Shown: piece after piece, positions 1 to 9,637 of the stretch | How the letters are laid out: every line of letters begins with the position of its first letter | How positions within the stretch are numbered: the stretch's first letter is position 1 | Assembly (NCBI GenBank): GCA_965213675.1 | Contig: OZ243916.1 | Location: 864,001 to 928,000, forward strand | Direction: 5' to 3' | DNA from: an uncultured Candidatus Binatia bacterium | GTDB lineage: Bacteria; Desulfobacterota; Binatia; UBA9968; JAJDTQ01 | Length of the DNA stretch: 64,000 bases | Made by a program: the position numbers and the translations under genes | Notes under the pieces: generated by a model | What the model was told of the DNA's origin: nothing | Seen by the model: only the letters and a program-made list of their open reading frames with translations | Databases searched by the model: none

Positions 1-63
1 TGGCACGGGAAACACATCGACATAACGAAGGCGCGGCCGCATGGAGGAACTTTCGTGGCTCAT
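1..63 (-). CDS. 5' part of a gene running off the window (MSHESSSMRPRLRYVDVFPVP...), possibly AmmeMemoRadiSam system protein B-like
   Basis: ATG at 63, frame open to the edge, TATAAC 8 nt upstream. The family guess rests only on the short P.LR.V..FPV pattern. Confidence 0.3.
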   Translation of the reverse strand, partial: MSHESSSMRPRLRYVDVFPVP

Positions 64-228
64 GGAAACAAGTTATAGGCTGGGGAGAGTCGGATCAACG
101 GCGCCTTTGGAGCTTGCGCCGCAGGAAATCGCGCAAGCTCCTGGACTGTGCTGCGCGGAGTTTGTCTCGAATGAGCGGGACAAATGGGTGAGGCGGCCGG
201 TTCACCGGGCGGACGCGGCGCACTCGCG

Positions 229-1170
229 ATGAAGAACGAAACCCTTACCGCCGTTCGGGGCATTCAGGTGGGTCACGCCACCCGCCGGCGCGCGCGCACG
301 GGCTGCACGGTGGTGCTGTGCGCGGCGGGCGCGGCCGCGGGCGTGGACGTGCGCGGATTCGCGCCCGGCACCCGCGAGACCGACGCCATTCGAGCCGGCC
401 GCCTGGTGGGACAAGCCCACGGCGTCCTCTTGACCGGTGGCAGCGCCTTCGGCCTCGACGCCGCCGCCGGGGTCATGCGTTTCCTCGAAGAGCGCGGCGC
501 CGGCTACTCCACCGCCCACGGCGTCGTCCCCATCGTGCCCGCGGCGGTGATCTACGACCTGGGAGTGGGCGATCCGCGCGTCCGCCCCGACAAGGCCATG
601 GGCTACCGGGCCTGCGCCGCGGCCACGGACACGCCGGTCCCCACGGGCCGCATCGGCGGAGGCACGGGCGCCACGGTGGGCAAGGCCCCGGGCCTGCGCC
701 GCGCCTCCGGCGGCATCGGCTCGGCCTGCGCCAGACTGCCCGCCGGCGCCACCGTCGGCGCCCTCATCGTCGTCAACGCGGTCGGCGGCATTGTCGATCC
801 CGCCACCGGCGCGTGGATCGCCGGCGCACCGGACGAGACCCCCGAGCGGACGGCGGACGCGCGGAGACCCCCGGATCCAGCCTGCTCCCAAGGCCCGCTC
901 ATGCCCGGCGGCAACACCACCATCGGCGTCGTCGCCACCGACGCGGACCTCTCCCCGGCGGAAGCCAACGTCGTCGCATCCATGGCCCACGACGGCATCG
1001 CCCGCGCCATTCATCCCGCCCACACCCTCCACGACGGCGACACCCTGTTCGCCCTCGCCACCGGCAAGGCCGAGGCCGAGGTCAACGCCGTCGGCATCCT
1101 CGCCGCGGACGTCGTGGTTCAGGCCATTCTCAACGCCGTGGCGAGCGCCGTCGAGGGGCCCGGCGCGTAG
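229..1170 (+). CDS. P1/S58 family Ntn-hydrolase-like peptidase (DmpA/NylC-like)
   Basis: VGH..TGCTV, DVRG.APGTRETD, GGSAFGL, VPIVPAA..YDL, GGGTGA, VNAVG, GNTTIG and HT..DGD motifs. Confidence 0.9.
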   Translation: MKNETLTAVRGIQVGHATRRRARTGCTVVLCAAGAAAGVDVRGFAPGTRETDAIRAGRLVGQAHGVLLTGGSAFGLDAAAGVMRFLEERGAGYSTAHGVVPIVPAAVIYDLGVGDPRVRPDKAMGYRACAAATDTPVPTGRIGGGTGATVGKAPGLRRASGGIGSACARLPAGATVGALIVVNAVGGIVDPATGAWIAGAPDETPERTADARRPPDPACSQGPLMPGGNTTIGVVATDADLSPAEANVVASMAHDGIARAIHPAHTLHDGDTLFALATGKAEAEVNAVGILAADVVVQAILNAVASAVEGPGA

Positions 1171-1343
1171 GGGCCTGTGCCGCAGGAATTCGCGGCTGCA
1201 AACCAGACGGGACAGCATTCTTGCCAATCATCCATCATCTGGACGATATGCAAGGACAAAATGCGGAAATACTTTCGAACACGGTGGGGGTCGTCACGAC
1301 TTCCTTGAGTCCTGGTGCGCTTGTCTGATAGATAGAGAGACAA

Positions 1344-1418
1344 GCGCCCGTAGTGAAAAGGACATCACGAGGGTCTCCGGAACCCTAAGTCCAGGTTCGA
1401 TTCCTGGCGGGCGCACCA
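1344..1418 (+). tRNA. tRNA-Arg(CCG)
   Basis: Acceptor stem GCGCCCG/CGGGCGC, anticodon arm AGGGT-CTCCGGA-ACCCT, T-arm CCAGG-TTCGATT-CCTGG, encoded CCA end. Confidence 0.96.
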
Positions 1419-1491
1419 CTCACGCAGCTCTTGTCCGCCCAGCTCCTGTCCGCCCGCTTCCCCCCTGCTGTGGCGCCCCTTGCCTGGCACC

Positions 1492-2559
1492 CTACTTCGG
1501 CAGTTTGTCGTCGATGCCCTTGACGTACCAGTTCATGCCCAGCAGGGTGCCGTCGTCGAGGTTCTTGCCCTTGGGCACGGCCAGGGAGCCGTCCTGCTTG
1601 TGAATGGGGCCGGCAAAGACGTGCATCTTCCGGGAGCGGATCTTTTCCTCGGTGGCCTTGGCCATGGCGGCCACTTCAGCGGGCATGTTGGTGTAGGGGG
1701 CCATGCCCACCATGCCCGTGTCCATGCCGCCCCAGGTGTCGGTGGACTTCCAGTTCCCGTCGAGTACGGCCTTCACGCGCTGGATGTAGTAGGGCCGCCA
1801 ATCGTCGATAATCGAGGTGAGCTGGGTCTTGGGGCCGAACTTGATCATGTCCGACGCCTGGCCGAAGGCCTTGACGCCCTTCTCCCCCGCGATCTGCATG
1901 GGCGCGGTGGAGTCCGTGTGCTGGGTGACGATGTCCGCGCCCTGGCCGATGAGCACCTTGGCGGCATCCGCCTCCTTGCCGGGATCGAACCACGAGTTCA
2001 CCCACACGGTCTTGACCTTGAAGTCCGGGTTGATGGACTGAGCGCCGAGCATGAAGGCGTTGATGCCGCGCACCACCTCCGGGATCGGAAACGAGGCGAT
2101 GTAGCCGGCGACGCCGCTCTTGGACAGCGTCGCGGCGATCTGGCCGATGACGTAGCGCCCCTCGTAGAAGCGCGACGAATAGGTGGCCACGTTCCTGGCG
2201 CGCTTGAAGCCCGTGGCGTGCTCGAACAGGACCTTCGGAAAGCGCTTGGCCACCTTGATGGTGGGATCCATGAAGCCGAAGGAGGTGGTGAAGATCAGAC
2301 CGGCGCCCTCCCGCGCCAGACGCGTAATGGCGCGTTCGGTGTCCGGACCCTCGGCGACCTTCTCGATGTAGAGGGTCTTCACTCGTTTGCCCAGCGCCTC
2401 TTCGACGGCCAGTCGGCCCTGATCGTGCTGGTAGCTCCAGCCGTGATCGCCGATGGGGCCCACATAGACGAAGCCGACCTTCAAGGGGTCCGCCGCGAAC
2501 GCGGACGCGGTGACGAGGGACAGGGCAAGAACGGCCGCCAGCACGATGAATCGTCTCAT
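1492..2559 (-). CDS. BMP-family (purine nucleoside) ABC transporter substrate-binding protein
   Basis: Signal peptide, KVGFVYVGPIGDHGW, TTSFGF, WFDPGKE and QHTDS motifs. Confidence 0.93.
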   Translation of the reverse strand: MRRFIVLAAVLALSLVTASAFAADPLKVGFVYVGPIGDHGWSYQHDQGRLAVEEALGKRVKTLYIEKVAEGPDTERAITRLAREGAGLIFTTSFGFMDPTIKVAKRFPKVLFEHATGFKRARNVATYSSRFYEGRYVIGQIAATLSKSGVAGYIASFPIPEVVRGINAFMLGAQSINPDFKVKTVWVNSWFDPGKEADAAKVLIGQGADIVTQHTDSTAPMQIAGEKGVKAFGQASDMIKFGPKTQLTSIIDDWRPYYIQRVKAVLDGNWKSTDTWGGMDTGMVGMAPYTNMPAEVAAMAKATEEKIRSRKMHVFAGPIHKQDGSLAVPKGKNLDDGTLLGMNWYVKGIDDKLPK

Positions 2560-2596
2560 TTTTCCTCCTCCGGATGCGTGAAAGGCGCCGGCGGAC

Positions 2597-3517
2597 TTAC
2601 CGGTCCGGCACGAATGTTTGACCGATACAAGCAGGTGTATTCACTTTCGTCAAGATGCGGTTGCCGGAGATGGCCAGCAGCGCCGCAATGGTCACCAGAT
2701 ACGGCAACGAGGCCAGAAACTGGGGCGGAATGGCCACGCCGATGGCCTGGGCGTAGAGGCCCATGATCCACACGGCGCCGAAGAGATACGCGCCCACGGC
2801 CACGCGATTCGGCGTCCAGGTGGCGAATACCACCAGCGCCAGGGCGATCCAGCCGCGTCCGGCGGTCATGTTCTCGATCCACTGCGGGGTGTAGACCAGC
2901 GACAGGTAGGCCCCGGCCAGCCCGGCGCACGCGCCCCCGAAGGCGATGCAGCGATAGCGCACCCCGGCCACGTCGTAGCCCAGGGCGTGGGCGGAATGAT
3001 GATTGCTGCCCACGGCCCGTATCACCAGACCCATGCGCGTGCGCTTGAACATCCAGGCCACGAATACGGTGACGGCCACCGACGCATAGACCAGCGCGTC
3101 CTGGGCGAAAAGCACCGGACCGATGAGTGGCAGATCGCTCAACCCCGGAATGTGCCACGCCCTGAGCTTCACGCCGGGAAGCCCGGTGAAGGGCTGGCCG
3201 ACGAGCCCGGAAAGCCCGATGCCGAAGAGCGTCAGCGCGAGGCCCGTGGCCATCTGGTTCGCCGCCAGCGTCTGGGTGAGGAAGGCGAAGAGGAGCGCCA
3301 TGACGACACCGGTCGCAATGGCGGCAACCACGCCCAGCGCGGCCGACCCGGTGGTATACGCGGCCGCGAAGCCGGTGACCGCGCCCATGATCATCATGCC
3401 CTCGACGCCGAGGTTCAGTACGCCGGAACGCTCCGTCACCAGTTCCCCCACCGCGGCCAGAAGTAGCGGCGTGGACGCGGTGATGATGGTGAGCAGGACC
3501 GCTTCGAGGGCGCTCAT
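2597..3517 (-). CDS. Nucleoside ABC transporter permease
   Basis: ERSGVLNLGVEG, AGRGWIALA and LPYLVT motifs; hydrophobic. Confidence 0.92.
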   Translation of the reverse strand: MSALEAVLLTIITASTPLLLAAVGELVTERSGVLNLGVEGMMIMGAVTGFAAAYTTGSAALGVVAAIATGVVMALLFAFLTQTLAANQMATGLALTLFGIGLSGLVGQPFTGLPGVKLRAWHIPGLSDLPLIGPVLFAQDALVYASVAVTVFVAWMFKRTRMGLVIRAVGSNHHSAHALGYDVAGVRYRCIAFGGACAGLAGAYLSLVYTPQWIENMTAGRGWIALALVVFATWTPNRVAVGAYLFGAVWIMGLYAQAIGVAIPPQFLASLPYLVTIAALLAISGNRILTKVNTPACIGQTFVPDR

Positions 3518-4659
3518 GGCGTGGTTCCCCCAGCATCCGGCGCGCCGGTTGCGCTGTTGTCCGCCGCCGCCGCCGGCCCATCCTCGGACGCCGTGGCCCT
3601 GGTCCCCCACGACCACCGCACGCGGCAACGGATCAGTGTATCGCAGGCGAGAATGAAGAACAGCAGCATGCCCTGGAAAACCTGCGCGGTCTTTTCGGAA
3701 ATGGCCAGCTCCACTTGCGCGGCCTCCCCGCCCAGGTAACAGATGGCCAGCACCAGTCCGCCGAACAGCGCGCCCAGCGGGTTGAGACGCCCGAGGAACG
3801 CCACGATGATGGCGGTGAAGCCGTAGCCCGGTGAAATGGTGGGCTGCAGTTGTCCCACTGGACCGGCCACCTCGCAGATGCCCGCCAGTCCGGCCAGGGC
3901 GCCGGAGATGCCGAAGCACAGCCAAGTGGTGCCGGACGCGGAGAAGCCGCCGAAGGTACTCGCGCGCGGCGCCTCTCCCCGCGCCCGGATCTCGAAGCCT
4001 TTGAGCGTGCGCGTCAGAAACAGCGCCAGCACCATGGCCGCCACGAGGGCCAAGACCGCGCCCAGATGCACCCGCCCGTCGCCGAAGGTGGCCAGCAGGT
4101 GCCAGTCGTTGAAGCTGATGGACTTGGGAAAGTTGAACCCCTGGGGGTCGCGCCATGGACCGCGCACCAGCCAGTCCAGGAGGTACTGCGCCACGTACAC
4201 CAGCATGAGGCTGGTGAGGATTTCGTTGGCGCCGAAGCGGTTGCGCAGGAGCGCCGGCACCGCGGCCCACGCCATGCCGCCGAGAACGCCCAGCAGCAGC
4301 ATGGCGGGAATCGCCAGCGCGGAATTCCACTCGGGCGCCAGAATGGGGATGGATGCGCCGGCCAGGGCGCCGGCGATGAGCTGACCCTCGGCGCCGATGT
4401 TCCACAGGTCGGCGCGGAAGCAGATGGCCAGTCCCGCGCCGATGAGCACCAGCGGGGCGGCCTTGACAATGAGCTCCTCCACCGACCACAGGGTGGTCAG
4501 GGGACCGATGAAATAAACGAAGATGGCGTGCAGCGGATCGATGCCCCGGGCGGCGAAGAGGATGCTGCCGAAGAGAACGGTGAGGGCCACGGCCAGCAGC
4601 GGCGAAGCCACCTGCATGACCCGGTTGCGCTCCGGGCGCTTCTCCAGCGCCAGCCTCAC
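3514..4659 (-). CDS. Nucleoside ABC transporter permease
   Basis: WNIGAEGQ, NEILTSLM and GYGFTAI motifs; GTG start overlaps the ATPase stop. Confidence 0.92.
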   Translation of the reverse strand: MRLALEKRPERNRVMQVASPLLAVALTVLFGSILFAARGIDPLHAIFVYFIGPLTTLWSVEELIVKAAPLVLIGAGLAICFRADLWNIGAEGQLIAGALAGASIPILAPEWNSALAIPAMLLLGVLGGMAWAAVPALLRNRFGANEILTSLMLVYVAQYLLDWLVRGPWRDPQGFNFPKSISFNDWHLLATFGDGRVHLGAVLALVAAMVLALFLTRTLKGFEIRARGEAPRASTFGGFSASGTTWLCFGISGALAGLAGICEVAGPVGQLQPTISPGYGFTAIIVAFLGRLNPLGALFGGLVLAICYLGGEAAQVELAISEKTAQVFQGMLLFFILACDTLIRCRVRWSWGTRATASEDGPAAAADNSATGAPDAGGTTP

Positions 4660-6212
4660 GCGCGCGTGTCCTGGTCCACCGCCGCGCCTGCCTCCTGCGC
4701 GCCGGCCATGAGCATGCCGATACGCTCGCGATCCATGTCGCCGGCCGGCCAGGCATCCGACAGGGCGCCGCGGGAGATGACCGCGATGCGGTCGGCGATC
4801 TCGAAGATCTCGTCGAGATCCTGGCTGATGACCAGCACCGCGGAGCCCTCCCGCGCCCGGTCCACCAGGGCCTGCCGGATGAGCGCGGCGGCGCCGGCGT
4901 CCACGCCCCAGGTTGGCTGGTTGATCACCAGCACCCGCGGTTTCCGGTCCAGCTCCCGCCCCACCACGAACTTCTGGAGATTGCCGCCGGACAGCGCGCC
5001 GGCCTCCTGATCCCGGCGGCTGGAGCGCACGTCGAAGCGCGCGCTCACCCGCTCCGCCAGGGCGCGGATGCGGTTGCCGCTGACGAAGCCGGTGCGCACG
5101 AGGTGATCGTTGGAGGCATGCCGGGTGAGGAGCACGTTCTCCGACAGGCCGAAGCCGGGCACGGCGCTGTGGCCCAGCCGTTCCTCGGGCACGAAGGCGG
5201 CGCCCAGCCGCCGCCGCTCGGTGATGTCCCACGCGCCGCAGGGCTGTCCCGCGATGGTGACGGAATCGGGCGTGGGCGCGGGCCGTTCACCGGACAGCAC
5301 CTCGAACAGCTCGGACTGGCCGTTGCCGGCCACGCCGGCCACCGCCATGACCTGGCCGCTGCGCACCTCCAGGGACACATGGCGCAACGCTACGCCGAAG
5401 GCGCCCCCCGGGGGGAGGGAGACGTCGGTGACGGTGATGGCCGCCGGTCCGGGCGCCTCCCGGGCCTCGGCGGTCACCGCTTGCACGTCGGCTCCGACCA
5501 TGCGGCGCGCCAACGACGGCACTGTCTCGGATCGAGGATCGACGTCGGCCACCACCCGGCCCTGCCGCAGGATGGTGGCGCGATGGCACATCTCCCGCAC
5601 CTCTTCCAACCGGTGCGAGATGTAGAGCACCGCGCAGCCATCGCCGGCCAGCCGCCTCAACGTGACGAAGAGTTGCCGCGCTTCCTGGGGAGTGAGCACC
5701 GCGGTGGGTTCGTCCATGATCAGAAGGCGCGGCTCCTGCAGCAGACAACGCACCACCTCGATACGCTGGCGCACCCCCACGGGCAGGTCCGCCACCACGG
5801 CAACCGGATCGAGCGGCAGTCCGTACGCCGCGGACACCCGTTCCACCCGTTGCGCGAGCGACCGGAGATCGAACGTACCCGGCGCCGCCAGCGCGATGTT
5901 CTCCACCACGGTCAGCGCCTCGAACAGGGAGAAGTGCTGAAACACCATGCCGATGCCGAGGCGCCGCGCCGCCGCGGGGTCCGGCACCACCACGGGCCGG
6001 CCGCGCCAGCGGAGCTGTCCGGCCGTGGGCTGCAGCGAGCCGTACAGGATCTTGACCAGCGTGGACTTGCCTGCGCCGTTCTCCCCCAGCAGGGCGTGGA
6101 TCTCCCCGGGGCGCAGGCGCAGGCTGACGCGATCATTGGCGGTAAAGTCGCCGAAGCGCTTGACGATCTCCCGCGCTTCGAGAAGATGGCCGTCGTGGTC
6201 CAGGGTCGCCAT
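4656..6212 (-). CDS. Nucleoside ABC transporter ATP-binding protein (duplicated NBD)
   Basis: GENGAGKST, DEPT, LSGGNLQK and QPTWGVD motifs. Confidence 0.94.
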   Translation of the reverse strand: MATLDHDGHLLEAREIVKRFGDFTANDRVSLRLRPGEIHALLGENGAGKSTLVKILYGSLQPTAGQLRWRGRPVVVPDPAAARRLGIGMVFQHFSLFEALTVVENIALAAPGTFDLRSLAQRVERVSAAYGLPLDPVAVVADLPVGVRQRIEVVRCLLQEPRLLIMDEPTAVLTPQEARQLFVTLRRLAGDGCAVLYISHRLEEVREMCHRATILRQGRVVADVDPRSETVPSLARRMVGADVQAVTAEAREAPGPAAITVTDVSLPPGGAFGVALRHVSLEVRSGQVMAVAGVAGNGQSELFEVLSGERPAPTPDSVTIAGQPCGAWDITERRRLGAAFVPEERLGHSAVPGFGLSENVLLTRHASNDHLVRTGFVSGNRIRALAERVSARFDVRSSRRDQEAGALSGGNLQKFVVGRELDRKPRVLVINQPTWGVDAGAAALIRQALVDRAREGSAVLVISQDLDEIFEIADRIAVISRGALSDAWPAGDMDRERIGMLMAGAQEAGAAVDQDTRA

Positions 6213-6266
6213 GAATGCAGATTGCCCGAGTCGAGGGGATGCTACCGCACAGGGGAATGAGCGCAC

Positions 6267-6295
6267 ACTATAGAAGGCGCTCTTGGGGGATGCAA
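6267..6295 (-). promoter_or_regulatory. Sigma70-type promoter of the ABC operon
   Basis: TTGCAT-N17-TATAGT, about 55 nt upstream of the ATG. Confidence 0.65.
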
Positions 6296-6311
6296 CCGGC
6301 CCGGATCCGCT

Positions 6312-6914
6312 TCACAGCCGCGGCACAAAGGCCTCGGCGCCAAGCTTGTGCCTGATGATCTCGTCCCGCGTCAACCCGTGCAACTCGTGGGGGAACACCA
6401 GCCAGTGATCCGTCTCGTGCACGTAGTAGTCGGGTTCGCGGTCGGTGCGGTTGTTGTGCGGCTTGTAGTAGACCGTGGCCACTCGGGTATCCACGGGAGC
6501 GTTGCGGCGGGACTTGCGCTTGAGATGAGAGAGCAGGGCCTCGATGCTGAGGCCGGTATCGAACACGTCATCGACGATGAGCAGACCTTGATCCGCCTCG
6601 ACGTTGTCGATGATGTACTGCATGCCATGGATGCGGATCCGGGAGCCGGTTCGTCCGATGCCCTTGTAGAAGGAGGTGCGGATGGCGATATGGTCGGTCT
6701 CGACGCCGAAGTAGTCGAGCAGTTCCTGCACCGCGATGCCCACGGGCGTGCCGCCGCGCCATATCCCGACGATGAAGCTTGGGCGGAAGCCGCTCTCCAG
6801 AACATCCATCCCGAGCCGGAAGGAGTCCTCGAGCAGCGACTGCGCGCTGATGTAGGTCTTCCGGGTTGTCGCGGGCTCGGTATGGGATATGGGCTCGACG
6901 GGATATTCGGCCAT
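6312..6914 (-). CDS. Purine (hypoxanthine/xanthine-guanine) phosphoribosyltransferase family protein
   Basis: GIWRGG, LLIVDDVFDTG (PRPP-binding motif) and WLVFPHE. Confidence 0.88.
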   Translation of the reverse strand: MAEYPVEPISHTEPATTRKTYISAQSLLEDSFRLGMDVLESGFRPSFIVGIWRGGTPVGIAVQELLDYFGVETDHIAIRTSFYKGIGRTGSRIRIHGMQYIIDNVEADQGLLIVDDVFDTGLSIEALLSHLKRKSRRNAPVDTRVATVYYKPHNNRTDREPDYYVHETDHWLVFPHELHGLTRDEIIRHKLGAEAFVPRL

Positions 6915-7066
6915 GAGTATTTCCTCTCGACGGATGCGCGGGTGGGGCGCGGCTTCGCGTGTTCCCTCCTTTTATCGGATATACGTCGCAGCGCAAGCGC
7001 AGGCCCCGAGCGTGGGCCAGGCGCGGTTCGGGTTGCGATCCCCTGCAAAGGGATTAGATTGGTCTT

Positions 7067-8425
7067 ATGCCTATGGTCGCCAAACCGACCGTACACACTG
7101 GGCGCCCTCCCTCGTCGTCCCGTTTCCATCAGTTGCGCCATTTGGGCACGGACGCACACATCGTCATGCACCGGCTGCTGCGGACCCATGGCGACTTCGT
7201 GCGCTGGCGCGGGTTCCAGGACGTTTACCTGGTCAACCATCCGAACTTCATACGCACGGTGCTGGCGCAGGACCACGCGCACTACTCCAAGCGCCTCATC
7301 GACTACCGCGTCCTGGCACAGGTGTTGGGCAACGGCTTGGTGACCAACGACGGCCCCCACTGGGTTCGCCAACACGGACTCATTCAGCCCCTGTTCGGCC
7401 ACCATCACGTCAACAGCTTTGACGGAACCATCAACGCGCTGACGACTTCCCTCATGGATGACTGGGAAACGCGGGACGCCGGGGAGATCCTTCGCGTCGA
7501 CCGGGAAATGAGCCGCTTGACCTTCCGCATCGTCGGCGCGACGCTGTTCGGCAGCGACCTCGATCATCACGGCGACGACATTGCGGAGATCGTCGAGTTG
7601 GTGAATCTGGACCCCCTGGAATTGCGCGCGTTGCTCACCCTGTTCCCCTGGCTTCCCACGCCCTACAACGGGAAGTGGCGACGGGCGCTGAAGCGGCTCG
7701 ACCGCATCGTGTATGGATTGATCGAGGCGCGCCGGCGCCGCGGCGTGGAGGGGGATGGAGATATTCTCGAGCGCCTGCTGCATGCCTTCGAGGGCGGGGG
7801 CGGCAACGGAATGGACGAGAAGCAGATACGCGACGAGGTGGTGACGTTGATGCTGGCCGGACATGAGACCTCCGCCACCGCCTTGGCCTGGACTCTGTAC
7901 CTGCTGGCCACGCATCCCCGGATTGAAGCGCGACTGGCCGAGGCGCTGGCCGCGAGCCTGAACGGCGCACCCGCCACGGCCGGCGACCTGCCGCGCATTC
8001 CCTATCTGAAGCAGGTGGTGCAGGAATCCATGCGGCTCTATCCGCCGGTATGGGCCTACGCCCGGCGCGCGGAAGAGGCGACGGAATTCAACGGCTACCT
8101 GCTGCCCCTCCACGCCGCTGTCGTCGTGGCTCCCTTTGCGCTCCACCGGCACCCCGATTTCTGGCCCGACCCCGAACGCTTCGATCCGGACCGCTTCGAC
8201 CCCGTTGCCGGCGTGGGCCGCGAACCCTACGCCTACCTGCCCTTTGCCGCCGGACCGCGCGCCTGTATCGGCGCCGGCATGGCCATGCTCGAAATCCAGC
8301 TGGTGCTGGCGCAACTCATCCAGCGCTTCAAGGTCCACATCGTTCCCGACCACCCCATCGAGACCCTGGCCAAGGTCACCCTGAAGCCGCGTTACGGTAT
8401 CCTTGCGACCTTGAGCCACCGGTAG
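7067..8425 (+). CDS. Cytochrome P450
   Basis: AGHETS I-helix, ESMR (ExxR), PERFDP and FAAGPRACIG heme motif. Confidence 0.96.
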   Translation: MPMVAKPTVHTGRPPSSSRFHQLRHLGTDAHIVMHRLLRTHGDFVRWRGFQDVYLVNHPNFIRTVLAQDHAHYSKRLIDYRVLAQVLGNGLVTNDGPHWVRQHGLIQPLFGHHHVNSFDGTINALTTSLMDDWETRDAGEILRVDREMSRLTFRIVGATLFGSDLDHHGDDIAEIVELVNLDPLELRALLTLFPWLPTPYNGKWRRALKRLDRIVYGLIEARRRRGVEGDGDILERLLHAFEGGGGNGMDEKQIRDEVVTLMLAGHETSATALAWTLYLLATHPRIEARLAEALAASLNGAPATAGDLPRIPYLKQVVQESMRLYPPVWAYARRAEEATEFNGYLLPLHAAVVVAPFALHRHPDFWPDPERFDPDRFDPVAGVGREPYAYLPFAAGPRACIGAGMAMLEIQLVLAQLIQRFKVHIVPDHPIETLAKVTLKPRYGILATLSHR

Positions 8426-8535
8426 CTCGAAGCCCTCCCCCAAGCGCACCCGGAGCCTGTCCATGCAGAGACGGCCGGCGATGGCTCCTGCCGGCTTGGC
8501 GGTGTGCTTCAAACCGACTACGACGCCACCACTGT

Positions 8536-8570
8536 CCATGCAGGGGCGGCCGCCGGTGGTCCTTGCATGG
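8536..8570. repeat. REP-like palindrome between convergent genes
   Basis: CCATGCAGGG...CCTTGCATGG hairpin with a GGGCG.CCGCCGGT core resembling the other REP-like copies. Confidence 0.5.
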
Positions 8571-8692
8571 TCACGCTCCCAGGCAAGGGAAACCGTCAGT
8601 GGGCACGGCCTTCATCCGTTCGTCCCGAGCCCATGGACAAGCTTGAGACAGGTTTCATGTAGCGAAGTCGAAGGACCTCCGCCCCGCCTGGG

Positions 8693-9499
8693 TCAGGACA
8701 CCGTCCGCGCCAGTGTGAGCACCTGAACGTCCCGCGCGCCCCCGCGCCGCAACGCCCGGGCGCACTCGTTGACGGTGGCCCCGGAGGTATAGACGTCGTC
8801 CACCACGAGCACGCGCCGGTCCTCCACCGACCTTGCCCGCGCGATGGCGAAGGCGCCGCGTACGTTGGGTTGGCGCTCCCTCAGATTCAGGGTGCTCTGG
8901 GGCGCCGTTTCGGTCTTCCGGATCAGCACGAAGGGGTCCAGGTGAATTCCCCACGCGCGGCCGACTTCCCTGCCCAGGAGCACCGACTGATTGAAACCGC
9001 GCCATCGCAGCCGCCGCGGATGCAGCGGCACCGGCACCACCACATCGAAGCCCGGCCCGTGAAACCACGGTTGACACGCTTCCGCCATGAGCCGGCCCAG
9101 TATCGTTCCCAGGGACGGCTGACGGCCGTACTTGAAGCGGTGGATCACCTGCCGCAACGGGTGCGCCGCGTCCGACTCCCTTGGATAACACCCCCAACTC
9201 CGCGCCCGGGAGAAGGCCGGCGGCCGCAGCAGGCAGCCGCCGCACGGATGATCGCCCTGCCAGTCGTGCAGGTAGGGCCGGCCGCATCCCCGGCAAAAAG
9301 GAGGCTGGGCCAACTGGATCCGGTCACGGCACGACGAGCAGAACGAATGCGGTGAAGGCGTGGAGAGCCATACTTGGCAGGCGATGCAACAAGGGGGAAA
9401 CACGACGTCGAGCATCGCATCGAATGCGCGCCGGGCCAGTCTGCCGGCACGTCGAAGGTCGCTGGGAAGTGCCTTGTCCACGTTGTGGGGAATCGGCAT
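8693..9499 (-). CDS. comF: ComF family protein (double zinc ribbon plus PRTase domain)
   Basis: FPPCCIAC and further CxxC motifs, VPLH, RGFNQ, VDDVYTSGAT. Confidence 0.9.
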   Translation of the reverse strand: MPIPHNVDKALPSDLRRAGRLARRAFDAMLDVVFPPCCIACQVWLSTPSPHSFCSSCRDRIQLAQPPFCRGCGRPYLHDWQGDHPCGGCLLRPPAFSRARSWGCYPRESDAAHPLRQVIHRFKYGRQPSLGTILGRLMAEACQPWFHGPGFDVVVPVPLHPRRLRWRGFNQSVLLGREVGRAWGIHLDPFVLIRKTETAPQSTLNLRERQPNVRGAFAIARARSVEDRRVLVVDDVYTSGATVNECARALRRGGARDVQVLTLARTVS

Positions 9500-9637
9500 C
9501 CATACCGGAACCTTTAATTCTGGAATATCGGAGTATTCGTTCCGACCATGCGCCGGGCCGTGCGAAGCGGTGGTGGGAGCCTGTCCGTGGAGGGGCGACC
9601 GGCGGTGGCCCTGACAGGGTTTTCACGCTTTTCTTTA

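Noticed and set aside
1344-1500. tRNA-Arg as an island integration site
   Set aside because: No integrase and no duplicated tRNA 3' end seen in the window.
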